A DNA stretch of 64,000 bases from Antedon mediterranea (GCF_964355755.1 NC_092676.1:6921888-6985887); one strand, 5' to 3'. Numbered from the stretch's first letter, positions 12,288 to 25,695 are shown. A program made the numbers and translations. The notes: generated from the sequence alone by a model not told the origin.

Positions 12288-15200
12288 ATGGAAGTTGCAA
12301 GGAATAACCCAGTCGGTTTCCCTTGGATTTACTGTTTGAGCCATGCTGGCTTTGATACAACTCAATATTTGATGGCGGAAATTGTTTCTGTGGAGGTTGT
12401 ATGATTTGAAATTTTTTTTTTGTCTCTCTTGTGAACTTCATTCAATCAATCATAACAACATAATAACTTATTTTCTTCATAAAAATGATATTACCATAAT
12501 AACATGTAGTAACGTGATTTTTACAACAATAATAATTATAAGATATACAGTAATTATTTACAGTGTTTATTTACAATAATTAACAGTGAAAAATAACACT
12601 GACGTTTGATAATATTGAAAAATGAATGAAACACAGAAGTAAAAGTAGAATACTAATAAATACTGAACAAATACATTGTTTCATTAGAGAAGTAATCTTT
12701 TTTTTTAGATTTTAGATCCTCCAATTGAAGATATTTACTATGGACATGGAATTTTGACCGATAAGTATCAGAATATTGATGCATATTTCACCAAAACTTG
12801 TGTAAACAATTATGATTGGTAACTATTTCTACGTTTTATTTTATTTAAAGATGTATTGTCCCCAAAACACATGAAAAATGAAGTTTATTAAAATCAGACT
12901 TTGAATAGGCCATTTTTTAGTTTTAACAAAGCCAATTTGACTATTTTGTGACTAGTTTTTTTCAGGTAATAATTTTTTTTTCCAGCTGTGTACAGTGGCT
13001 ACGAGCGCTCACAGGTTAAACTCAGGTGCCCCGGAGCACTACCATTTTCATCTTAATCTTAATAAATGTTAATGGTATTTATATATTTTATGATAGTTTA
13101 TCCATATTTGTATATAAAATTAATGAAATTGTTTTGTTTTATCTCAGCCTGTTAGAGTGCAGGTTTCATATCTCTGTTGGCTGTGAATAAGACAAGTTAA
13201 AATTAAAAGTTATTTATACTTTTAATTCTCTTTTTCTTCTTCTATAATGCAATGTAAAAATGTTATTTAATATTATTTATAGTATTTGTCAATAATGTAA
13301 TTTCTTTGTTAATATGCATTTATTTATATTTTTGGAGTAAAATGAATATATTATTATTATTGCTTTGTCAATAATGTCATTGCTTTGTCAATAATGTCAT
13401 TGTTTGTCAATAATGTCATTGTTTGTCAATAATGTCATTGTTTGTCAATAATGTCATTGTCAATTATGTCATTGTTTGTCAATAAATGTTATTGTCAATT
13501 ATGTCATTGCTTTGTCAATAATGTCATTGTTTGTCAATAATGTCATTGTCAATTATGTCATTGTTTGTCAATAAATGTCATTGGCAATTATGTCATTGCT
13601 TTGTCAATAATGTCATTGTTTGTCAATAAATGTCATTTCTTTTTCAATAATGTCATCATATTTTCAGTGATCAGGATAGTATTTCAGGATGTACATTCGC
13701 AGACCTTGCCAAATCACGTATTACTCTTACTAAGTATGAAATTGGAACTAATTACCATGAGGTATGTACAGTATAACTTTGCACTGTGATGAGGCTTAAT
13801 CAGCACTACCAATCCTAAATGCAGCAGTGGCTATGAGCATTCATTTGCTAAACCCAGGGGCCTCAGAGGTTAAGGGAACCCAGATAGACAGCCCAAATGC
13901 AACTACCCAGCGTTGGAGGGCTCCTAGGAGTGCTAAGCCATACCCTTCTGTATTATGCCACTGGAATGCAGGTCAACCCTCTGTCTTCCAAAAGATGCAC
14001 TGGGTTCTTTAAAATGCACACAATCTAGATTTGACAACAGCTCGAGTTTTAAGTACTTGTCCAAGAAAATGTGTTCTACCACCAGAACGAGGAGAGCTAA
14101 TTTTATAAATATAGTGTGCCACTGCCAAACCAGTTGGCCATTTGAATCCACTGTACAGTTTTACACTTACAGTATATTTAGTTTTTTATTTTCTTAGGAA
14201 AAAAAGACAGAATTCTATCTCAAAGTGATGGAATTTAGCTTACTTAGCACTGAACAATTCTCTCAAATGAATGTCGATGATGAGAATTACATATTAGACA
14301 AAAGGTAAGAGAACTGTCATTCTTCAGTGGAAACAAAACATTTTCTGTGAATCCCTATAAATGTGATGTGCCCAAATATGGTAGTGATATGGCCAAATAT
14401 GGAATTGGTATGACATCATCATGTCAATATATGTGCACATCACATTTTTTTGATAGTGTAGACAGAGCTTTATGATTTGTTGGGTCCAACGTTAGTTTCA
14501 TCTTTAATAGCTAAATTGTCTTGCGTCATTTGTAATAAGAAATCTCATTTGTATTTAGACGTGTGAAGTTTGTAGGAAATAATTCTGAAGACAGTATTTA
14601 CAACTTATCCAACTTATGCAATTTTGCGAATGATTCTCGTATGGAAATGAACTCCGAGTATGAAACGCAGGAATCTAACAATAACATGGAAAACATTGGT
14701 ACTATAAACGCAGAAGAAACAGGTGGGCTGATTATTTACAAAGACGATTTAGAGGTAAATCATTTTATTCTCTATGTTTGTGTCTCACCACCTCTTCCCA
14801 ACTTTTTGGGATAGGTTAGCTAGTGGCATCCATAGCATAGTACTTAAATAGTTAAGCTCTGTCAGCACTATCAAACTAGTTTGACAAAAAAGTGTGATGT
14901 GCCCAAATATGGTAGTGATATGACGTCATTGTTTCCATATATGGGCACATCATATTTTTTTCACATAAAGTTTGGTAGTATAGATGGAGCTTAATGATGT
15001 CACAGTATGTGTTTTGTCTTTTGTGGGGCAGACATAATCTAAACCTTCTACTTGGATTTTCTTCGTATTTTTTTTTTTGCTTTGCAGTGTGTAAAAAGCA
15101 CATTAATACTGTACTATTTTTTACATTTAATGTTAAACAATGTGTAAAGCTCTGTCTTATCAGATTATGTGACAAAAATGTGATGTGCCCAATATGGTCA

Positions 15201-18200
15201 GTGGTATGGCCAAATATGGTAGTGGTATGGCCAAATATGGTATTGTTATGACATCTTCATGTCCATATATGGGCACATCACATTTGTTTTGTCACATCAA
15301 GTTTGATAGTGTAGACAGAGCTTAAGTTTTTCATTTAAACTCTGAGTTCCCTTCAATGTGATTGTTAATGAACAGTCTAGTACAGTAGTATTAAGGTCTA
15401 ATGTTAAAATAACGTAAAAACTATGTATTAAATATTTGATGCTTGCAAAGCAAAGCAAACAACTTTCTGACCTTTTCTTTATGTTTTTATCAAGCTTGAG
15501 CTTTTGTCTTCCTCGGAGGAAGAATTACTGGAAGAAGAAATTGAAGAATTGGGAATTAGAAAACTAGAAAACCCAGAAATTGTACTACTAAAAAACGTAA
15601 ATGTTACTATTTTTTGTGCAATCTTCTAAGCATGCTTCATACAAAAGTAAAAATATGTTACATACAGTAACCTATTAAAGGACAACTTGACCGAGGACCA
15701 TATTTTTACAACGTGTTAGGGATGTACATACTACGATGCACCTGTGACGTCACAGCAATTTACCACGATGGCTGTACAGAGAGCGCGTGCTTAATTTCGC
15801 ATAGGGGTTGGCCGTAGTGTTAACACATATATTGCTCATCATTTGAGCGAGAGTGAGAGACTTCAGACTAGCCAATCAGAATGGTGTATTCATTATAACA
15901 CTTTCTTTTATTTATTTTATGTTTTTATCAAGCTTGAACTTCTATCATCTGAGGGAGAACTGGTTGAAGAAGAAATTCAAGAGGAATTAGGAAGTGGAAA
16001 ACTAGAAAACCCAGAAGTTGTATTACTAAGAAACGTACAGGTAAATTTTAATTTTGTTTACAATTTTATAATGTTTTTATTGTTAAACCTAATAGTAGAA
16101 TACTATCCAATAGCAAACATGTATTTGATGCATGATGATCTTTGATCCAGAAACCCAAGTGAGGGAGAGTAAATCTAATTTTGGTTCTTTCTGGTCCTAA
16201 TATTGATATTTTGAGCATGGAGGTCTATTAGTCCATGCTAATGAACAATAGTTTACCCAACTGACCCTTGACCCTTGAAAGCAAAACAATGTAATTACTA
16301 AGAAGTTCATTAAAGCACATCTGATTGGCTCTGTCGTAGAACAATGATTACATAATTCAATGAGGCCAATAGCATTGTTTCAAAGGCAAGTTCAGACTTG
16401 CCAGTCAGGTTGGTGTATTTGACCTTACCATGACCTTTTATTTATTGTGTTGTTTTTATCAAGCTTGAACTTCTGTCCTCTGAGGGAGAAGTGGTTGAAG
16501 AAGAAATTGAAGAAGAATTGGGAAGTAAAGGAATAGACAATAATAATGTTGTACAGAGAAACTTAAATGAAGAAAATACCACAAACAATAGTAAAACAAG
16601 AAAAGAACTAAATTCATTTGAAGTAGAAGAACTAAATGGACTGGAGGCTTCCAGTTTGGGAGAACTGGTAGAAAATCGAAATGAAAATGGAACCAAAGAA
16701 TGGAAAGGTAAAGAAAAAGAAAGAAATAGAGGACATACAAGATTTGTTAGAAAGAAGTTGAATTATTAGATTATTAAGTTGATTAAAATACAGTATATTA
16801 ATATACAGTATTACAAAGAAAAATTAAAACAAATAGATATGGCAATTCATTCGTCCCTGCTGCAATACGATTTTATAATGAATGACATGCGCTAGTTTTA
16901 TTTATTAGTATTTTAATCGACATTTTAGGATTTTATATTTATATTTTGTATGGCTTTTTTATTGTAATTTATATATTTTATATACTGTATCCATTTTATA
17001 TTTGTATGTACTGTATTTTTGAAAAGGCCAACAGAGTTTCCTCATGGGGATAATAAAGTTGTAATTGAATTGAATTACATTAATTTTAATATTTTTTTCC
17101 TATTACTTTAATTTTTATTGAAGGTTTAGAAGAAGACTGTGATACAAGTAACCAATCATCGAGTATGGCCTCACAAGCGAGTAAAATATATTTTTCTACA
17201 AGAAAATATAGAAACAAACGCAGACTTCTTGAGATAAATGATAAAAAAGCATACAATATTCAACGTTGTTCGGCAGATAACAGACATAAAACATCAGACG
17301 ATACACAACATGAATTGTCAGATGGTATACAGCATGAATTGGCAGACAATACACCAGAATTGGCAGATGATATTCAGCATGAATTGGCAGATGATATTCA
17401 GCATGAATTGGCAGACGATATTCAGCATGAATTGGCAGACGATATACAGCATGAATTGGCAGATGATATACAGCATGGATTGGCAGATGATATACAGCAT
17501 GAATTGGCAGATGATATACAGCATGAATTGGCAGATGATATTCAGCATGAATTGGCAGACGATACAGCATATGAATTGCCAGACGATACAGCACCTGAAT
17601 TGGCAGACGATACAGCACATGAATTGGCAGATGATAGTTTAAAACTGGAAAATATTGTAATAATTTACAAGGAAGACTTGCAGGTAATAGTTTGTTAAAA
17701 ATTTAGCTTTTGGGTAACAAGGATAGAGAGCAGACTGACATTCTCTGAAATAAAATACTGTATATGCAGCTCTCTGATCAATGAATTGTTGCAAGTAATA
17801 ATAAACTACAATCATTGTATACTGTATGTAGGTGTATTGCATCGTATGCCGAGTATATGATACAATACTGTAGTTTTAGTCCTAGTAGAATAAATATTTT
17901 ATTTCTGAGACAGATTATTAAAAATCTACATTTTTATATTTTATTCAAAGCTTGAGTTGATTGAGGATGACGAAGAATATGCTGATGAATCTTCTGAATT
18001 GATTCGCTCGAACTCCATCATCGAGTGCGACTCTGAGACCGGCGACTCATTCGTTATAAGTGCCAGTGATTCCTCACTTTACCCAAGTCAAAAAGGTATA
18101 AAGTTAATCTTTTTCAATTTTCAAGGACTCTTAAGCGAGATGTTTTATATGATGAATTAAAGCTTGGTTTAAAAAAAAAATTGAAATAATTTTCATAAAA

Positions 18201-20447
18201 AAATGTGGTTGTAATGTTACCTACTACATTTACTTCAGTAAAGCCTGTCTAATCCAGACAATAGGGAGGTTTCGCAACCTTATGAATACGATAACCAAAA
18301 CAGATACGTCACATATTTGTAAAACTTTTGAACTGATCCCCATTTCATATTCGTAAAGCGTATTCGTGCTGACGAATATCACCATCATATTTGTTACTAC
18401 AAAACGAGCATAGTTTTTGATATATTTTGCACATTTAGCATTTGAGTCAGGAATTATTCATGATTATAATATAATTATAGATTTATTGAAAGTAATTTAC
18501 TAAAAGTAATTTACTAAAATGCCAGGTCAATTTTGATAAATAGCAGTTTTGAAAGTCCTCACTTGCTTTGATGTTACGCTAGGCCTAGGCAGCCAAGCAA
18601 CACGTACCTGGGCTTCGTTCAAATTACAGTAAAAACTACAGGCTTATGGCCAATTAGCCGTTTAAAACACTTAACTAAAATGGCCTAACCAAAATGATTA
18701 AGATTCAAATAGTCAAGAACAGTAACACTACTTTAAAAGTGTTATAACAACGTATGTAGTACTCCCTGTCAGGAATAAGTAAACTCTCTACTATTAGATA
18801 ATAAGCGTGATTAATTCTTGCAGACAATTTTTTAACCAAAAAACAAAACATTCACGCCTCCAATGTCAATGTTCAAAATCCGAAACACCGTCTTCGAAAC
18901 AAACCAAATTTCAGTGTCAACAAATGGAATTTCTTCTCATTTCAGAATCTAACATCTTTGGTTCAGCATCTTTCACGCTTGACAGCCATTTACCAGATTG
19001 TGTGAGAACTTGTTCGACCGTTTCACAGCAAGATGTTTCAAGTACCAACAAAAACCACGAAGAATGTTTAAAGAGCAACCAAGCGAAACATACTTTGTTG
19101 GAAGATTGGACGCAGGATAGCATGATATTGATACAAGATACGCCCACAATGAACAAATCAAATTGTAACCAATCTACAAATCTTGAAATGGCTGTGGTAA
19201 TCACGGAAAAATGTTCAGAGGATCAAAATCAGAAAACTGAAACCCAAAGCGGGTCTCGGAAAACAAATTGTGAACAAAGTTTGGATAGAATAAGTAATGT
19301 TACAAATTGCGCTCGATTACAAGATTCACAATCTACCGCAAAAAGAAAAAAAGTTGAACATTTAGAAAAAGCTTCATGCTCACAACCAGCTAAGAAACGG
19401 AAGACTAATTTATCCCTTTCAAGCACCAGTAAAGTGAATGATGGAAATGATATACCACATTCGTCCAATCAAATCGCTGCAACTTCAAGTAAAATGTCAG
19501 ATGTATGTAGAAAACAAACTGAACAGTGTAATCCTAAAAAGCCCAAAACCAATCATGTTGCCAAGGAGCCTAAAACTAACCATGCTTCACAAAAGGTAGG
19601 AAAATAATATTTTATCATATTCATAACTACTGTATATAATGTTAATTGTATATACTGTATAAAGCGCATTCCACAAATAATGCCGTCTTAATGTGCTGTG
19701 AACTTAAATGTTACGTACTTCAAGTACATGGTTCTTTCCTAAAGCGTGGTTCCCACTAGCGACGCAACGCAAGGACGTAACGCAACGCAAATGAATTGAC
19801 CAATCACAAGCGATGGCTTATTCGCTTATGATTGCTAACTGTCTATAACTTCGCTTGTCATTGATTAAAACGCTTGCGTTGCGTTTACGTCCTTGCGTTA
19901 CGTTCTAGTGGGAACCAAGCTTTAGGGCTACCGCATCGGTTCTGCGCTGTTTGGTCTGTCCCCTACAGTGGTTGTGTACGGAGGTATGCTTTGGTAACCC
20001 ATACTTGTCTCGAAAGATGTACAACAGTAGGTTCTTTAAAGTGCACATCAGCATTATGTGTACACTGGACATATGGTTTATAATCCTTATCTGAGAAGAC
20101 TCATTCTACCATTAGAATTATGAATCAATTGAGCCTCTTGTCATAATGCTATGGATTATGGTTCCACTGTCTTAACCGCTCGCCCCCCCCCCCCCCCCAC
20201 TCATAAAGTTGATTACCTTATACCTACAGTACACGAATCAGTTTGGATGACAATGTGCGTTGGAGGCCATTGGGCATTTTTTAAGTATAGTAATTATTAT
20301 ACTGTTTTATCAACAATTATTTACTGTTATTCCTACTATTGTTTACTGTTAATCAAATCAACTGTTTTCTTTATTACTTAGCACAAGCAGCACAACGAAT
20401 CCTCGGAAGACTTGTTTCTCTGGTGTATTGAGTATCTCAAGATCTGA
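12288..20447 (+). CDS. ACD: TPP1/ACD-like shelterin subunit (Est3-type OB fold), 12 coding exons, about 829 aa if all exons are included
   Basis: Hand-spliced GT-AG exons with matching phases: 12288-12395, 12709-12818, 13668-13761, 14198-14304, 14559-14754, 15495-15596, 15933-16040, 16464-16707, 17124-17683, 17951-18095, 18946-19595, 20382-20447 (2490 nt, ends TGA). N-terminus reads MEVARNNPVGFPWIYCLSHAGFDTTQYLMAEIVSVEILDPPIEDIYYGHGILTDKYQNIDAYFTKTCVNNYDCDQDSISGCTFADLAKSRITLTKYEIGTNYHEEKKTEFYLKVMEFSLLSTEQ. The PWI motif, LTD (human VSD) and TEFYLKVMEFSLLSTEQ (human AEFYLQVDRFSLLPTEQ) match TPP1. The C-terminal SEDLFLWCIEYLKI resembles human PPQLMAWALHFLM. Confidence 0.8.
13283..13660. repeat. 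13-18-bp minisatellite (tgtcaataatgtcattgtt)
   Basis: More than 15 tandem copies run up to the acceptor at 13667. Confidence 0.93.
15147..15323. mobile_element. High-copy PIF/Harbinger-like palindromic MITE, about 140-175 bp (representative copy)
   Basis: TIR agctctgtctacactatcaaact with TAA/TTA flanks and core tgtgatgtgcccaaatatggtagtgatatg. Other copies lie at about 128-598 (interrupted), 14360-14471, 14853-14993, 21265-21423, 22800-22932, 24172-24324, 33956-34112, 39146-39292, 45389-45423, 57495-57779 and 61980-62100. Confidence 0.85.
17295..17635 (+). repeat. Coding 24-bp minisatellite (DIQHELAD, about 14 units) in the TPP1-like gene
   Basis: Unit gatatacagcatgaattggcagat lies inside exon 17124-17683 and preserves the frame. 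Confidence 0.95.
18260..18625. mobile_element. Truncated inverted copy of the 3153-3683 MITE in a TPP1-like intron
   Basis: Matches the reverse complement of about 3290-3683 and includes one TIR. Confidence 0.88.
19743..19921. mobile_element. Harbinger-like MITE with long TIRs
   Basis: agcgtggttcccactagcgacgcaacgcaaggacgtaa ... ttacgtccttgcgttacgttctagtgggaaccaagct, flanked by taa/tta. Confidence 0.8.
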
Positions 20448-23400
20448 TTAATAACATTTAGAGCGATCTACCATCACTACTATTAGGGAGATTTTGATTT
20501 GCAAGACCAAGGATCAACAACCTGGTGGAACAGCATAGGCCTAGCCCTCCTAGCTAGGAGCCTCGCATTCAAACGCCATGCAGAATGTGTTGCTTTTAAT
20601 ACAGCGTTGAACAATTAAATAAGAAGTTCAAATATTATTTAGAGTTTTGAAATTTTCATGTTTAAGTGTAAGTTGAACTGTATATTTAAGGTTATTTCTA
20701 GTCGTTCTCCATAAACAGGAAAATGGCAACTTTATCGATAAGCTCCGCCCACATTGTTAAAGCTCTTGCATAAATTATTCATGAGCACTGTCTTGTGGCT
20801 TTCCGTCGTGTTTCGTAAAGTCCCTAATATCATCAGTCAACAGCGTATAGCTAAAAGATATTGACAAAATAAAGGCATTTATCATTTCAGAAGACATTTA
20901 TTCACAAATTCATCGATTCTCATTAAACAATAATAAAATAGAGAGGAGTTATTTATCGTTCCTTTCTAAAATGCTACAAAGACAGTGGTTTATAGTAATA
21001 TCAAATATAGGACTGGGTACCAGTAAAATATTTGAAACATGAATATTGTATAGTATAGTTTTAACTACTGTATCATAAAATAAACATTTTTTTAACTTAG
21101 TGGTATTGAGACAGGCTCATAGACATTGCCAACGTTTTTGTATAAATTCTTGATTTATCATGAAAATGTAGATCATTAAAAAGAACAACCAAAATAATAC
21201 AACTACTGGTTATGAATTTCAATCAGAGGTTGTTCTATGTTAACTCATTTATGATGCATTTGTTAAAGCTCTGTCTACTCTATCAAACTAGTTTGACAAA
21301 AAAGGTGTGATGTGCCCAAATATGGTAGTGATATGCTCAAATATGGAAGTGATATGACATCATCATGTCCATATATGGGCACATTTTTTTTTCACATAAA
21401 GATTGATTGTGTAGACAAGGTTTTGAGCATGGATATATTAGTATCACAGACAAGGATTATTCAAATAAAGAATATGAATTATTTAAATGAGGATCGTACA
21501 TAGACAACACATTTCTGTCTATGGACTAATTGTTACACCTAAAAGCAGTATAGAGGGAATTAACACATACACACTTCACAATACTTGTACTACAACTGGA
21601 CATAGTCGGTATACCACTACTGTACAAATATTATATACCCAGAGGTAGAGTATTATACAACTAAAGAGTTAAATACTATAGATAGTGAAGTGATGCCAAC
21701 AGGACAAGGAATTTTCAAAATGACCACCTTATCGGTTCAAAAATATTATGAAAACCACATAAATCAGTAATCATGTTTCTGTTTTAAATACATTACCGTT
21801 TTTATAAATTACTAATATCGTTAAAGATGGAAAAAAAAAACACGGGAAAAAAAACATTAATAGAATAAGACTTTGAATAGGCCATTTTGCAGTTTTAATA
21901 AAGTTATTCACTTCTGTAGACAAAAAAAGTTATTTCACTTAAAAAAAGACAAAATAAACGGTTCACGGTTAAATTACAGTTACATTTTTTTCAGGAAAAT
22001 AAGTTTTTTTCGATCCCGTTTTTGGTCAATCAAAGTGAATAACTATTATGTAAACATTAAAATAGCATATTCAACAAAAACTATTTTTTTAGGGCGGACA
22101 ATAAATCTTTAATGACATTGAAAAGAACAGTTGTTCGGTAAATGTTTAACAATTTCATATACGACTATCATTTATAGGATACACTCAACATGCTGCAATG
22201 CAGGTGTAGTGCAGTAGTAACTGCATAGTTGGTGCAGCTTCAAACTGATTGGCGATCAATATTTGGAGTATGTTTTGAGTTAAATCTCTAATTGTATAAT
22301 ACCTCTATGATTATACTGTACCACAAACATGAGTACCATTCAATATTTTATATTGCAATTCTCTATTATTTGTACCCTGAAAAAAGACCAAAACACATAA
22401 GTACATAAACAGCCTATGAACAAACATCGATTTATAAGTTGGCAGTGTACAGTTTGTTATCAAAACTAGAACATCGGAAATTATGTCAATGGAAACTAAT
22501 AAACTGCCAATTCTACTATAAAACGTTATTTTTATGATTTTAAAGATTTAGCTATTTTCAGAGCACAAAAAACATGACATAATTTTTACAGTACATGAAG
22601 ATAATGAATACAGATTATATAATAAATCCATTGCATAAATTATTTATATTTCACACAGTACAACTCATTCATACAAATAATATGATACAGTAAAACAGAA
22701 TCAAGTCAGTTTCAATGTAATTGTCATAACAGAGGTGCCAAGTTGTTTTTGTTTGTGAAAGACCAATCATACTGTACCAATGATACATATATAACAGTAA
22801 AGCCTCTGTCTACAATATCAGACTTTGTGACAAAAAATATGTGACCATATATGGACAAGATGTTGTCATATCACTACCATATTTGGGCACATCACACTTT
22901 CTTTTGTCAACTTGATACTATAGCAGAGCTTAAGACTTCCAGAGAGACTGATAATTTATCATTATTTCTGGAACAGATAGTTAGAATAATAGGAATATAT
23001 AAAAGTTTTGTTTTTCCTCAGCGAAATTTCTGTCTGTGTGTATGTTATGTTTAACATATGTACACTTCAGGCATACAGTATGCTGCTGTTTTTTTATGTA
23101 AATAAATACAGTATACAGTATGTTAGTGGTCATTATTGCAGCTGTTTCTACCCAACTAAAAAGACCTTGGCATCTTTGTTATTATATATTGAATATAATA
23201 AATTACAGAGAGACTTACAGAAAACATTTAAAAATACCACACCTTTTATAATTTTACAAAATATGATTTTTTATTTAATATTTGGCAACTTTTAAGGGAA
23301 GAAGCTGTAATATAATTAAAATGTACCAACATGGTACTGTTCATAAATGCTACTAATTGTTAATAAATACCCACTATACTATAGTACAACCATTCAATAG

Positions 23401-25124
23401 TGCGTACTATTGCACGCCATGTGACCCACAATTGTCCAATCAAAATGACAGGAATTTATTTAGGTGTTATATAATACATATATTTCTTAGGTCTGGGCAT
23501 GGAAATAAAAAGGATAACGGTACATTATAAGAGAAGCACATGGGAAGTGTAGGTATATTTTTTTCATAATATATACAATTTTTTTTTCTATCAGGCCTTC
23601 CTTCACAAGAGTTATTTTCACATTTTGCTTTAGATACAGTATCACTATCTACAGCCTCAAAATATTTTTCATATTTGATTGGAACTTTACCATTGAGTAA
23701 AATTGTTCTGTTCATTATACTTATTTAACAGAGTATTCTGAGCGTTGAGATTGCACTCAAAGAAAAAGGCTTGCATTGTTTAACATTTTTGTTTTAATGA
23801 TTTTCTGTTGAGCACAATCTGTTTACAACTTGCCATTCATGTACAAAAAGTACTCAACTACTATTTATGCTGACATCATTTTCAATTTTCACCACCCACC
23901 CAAATTCCCCAGCAAAGATCATCATATTTTATATAAATAATAAAGCATCTTTGCTTCGTCTGTTTTTAACCTCTCGCAACAGCCTTGGTTGACTACGAAA
24001 GTTCCCAATCGAATACAACAATTGAAGTTTTAAAGACTATTTGCTAATTTTGGGGTGATAGTTGTGTTCGCCTATAAATTCCATATTACAAGCAAATGAA
24101 TACAAACAAAACAATAAATACTATTTAGTAGTATTAAGCATCTCATATATATTTGATGAACACAGACCAAATCTCCGTCTACACTATTAAACTTTATGTG
24201 ACAAAAAGATGTGATGTGCTCATATATGGACACGATGATGTTATATCAATACCATATTTGGGCATATCACTACCATACCATATTTGGGAACTGTTCACAC
24301 TTTTTTCAGTGTGGACAGAGCTTTAAGTAGTTAACCTGGCTATTGGTGGGTGTGGTTTCCTGTTATATATCACAATGTTATCGGCAAACCATTGCACACA
24401 CTTCAATCTATTATGTAAATTGTTAACATAAATAATAAATATGTATTATGAGTTTGTGCTTCAACAAAATGATTTATTTTTCATGATCATTTAAATTTAA
24501 AATGATTTAAAATGTGTTATTTTTTTCCTAATAAAAAAAAAAATAAAACAAATACGCATAAAATTATAATTTCAAATTAACTTTATAATATCATTGTGTA
24601 ACAAGTTTAGGACTGAAAAATAGTACTTGATAGTATTTTTAAAACAATATTTTATTAAATGTTTTATATTGTTTAGGATAATTTTATGGTCATTTTTATC
24701 TATATAAGTAAAAAAAAAATTAAAAATAATATTTCTATCAAACATGCATTTACAAATTATATTTAAAACTAATATATAACTAATTATGTATATCACACAA
24801 CCAAGCAAACCCATATAATTCATATAAAATAATAGAAATTTTAATCTAAAAATACATGCAAACAACTAAGATAATCAATAGATTTTAATATAGTTAAACA
24901 AAATATTGTATATGTATTGAAGTATAATTGTTTTATAAGTTGGCTAAATAAATACAGTGTAAGTCAGTTGAGTTTTAGATATAATATAAAAATTAAAAAT
25001 ACTGTAAATACAAAATATTGCCATAATGTTTTGAAAGGTTTCAATTTTCTAAAATTGATTTTAAATTTTTTTAATTTTAAGGTTCTAATAATTATCAAAA
25101 TAATTTGAACATTTTTTTTTTATT

Positions 25125-25695
25125 TCTTATAGCTAGGTAATTCACCAACTACAAGATAAGTAGACTATCCCATTCATTCTTATAGCTAGGTAATTCACCA
25201 ACTACAAGATGAGTAGACTATCCCATTCATTCTTATAGCTAGGTAATTCACCCTACAAGATGAGTAGACTATCCCATTCATTCTTATAGCTAGGTAATTC
25301 ACCCTACAAGATGAGTAGACTATCCCATTCATTCTTATAGCTAGGTAATTCACCCTACAAGATGAGTAGACTATCCCATTCATTCTTATAGCTAGGTAAT
25401 TCACCCTACAAGATGAGTAGACTATCCCATTTATTCTTATAGCTAGGTAATTCACCCTACAAGATGAGTAGACTATCCCATTTATTCTTATAGCTAGGTA
25501 ATTCACCCTACAAGATGAGTAGACTATCCCATTCATTCTTATAGCTAGGTAATTCACCCTACAAGATGAGTAGACTATCCCATTTATTCTTATAGCTAGG
25601 TAATTCACCAACTACAAGATGAGTAGACTATCCCATTCATTCTTATAGCTAGGTAATTCACCCTACAAGATGAGTAGACTATCCCATTCATTCTT
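25125..25695. repeat. 51-bp minisatellite, about 11 near-identical copies
   Basis: Unit tcttatagctaggtaattcaccctacaagatgagtagactatcccattcat. Variants are ccaact/ccct and ttcat/tttat. There are no spacers. Confidence 0.97.

Noticed and set aside
17196-17642. Alternative-frame and antisense ORFs over the 24-bp repeat
   Set aside because: These are by-products of the repeat. Only the DIQHELAD frame fits the flanking splice phases.
18807-18945. 5' part of the 266-aa ORF as coding sequence
   Set aside because: The phase-1 donor at 18095 stays in frame only with the acceptor at 18945. Using the AG at 18797 or 18823 leads to stops, so this stretch is probably intron.
25125-25695. CRISPR-like array or a real 138-aa repeat protein (ORF 25195-25611)
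   Set aside because: The units are contiguous with no unique spacers, there are no cas genes and the context is eukaryotic. The ORF arises because the 51-bp unit is a multiple of three.
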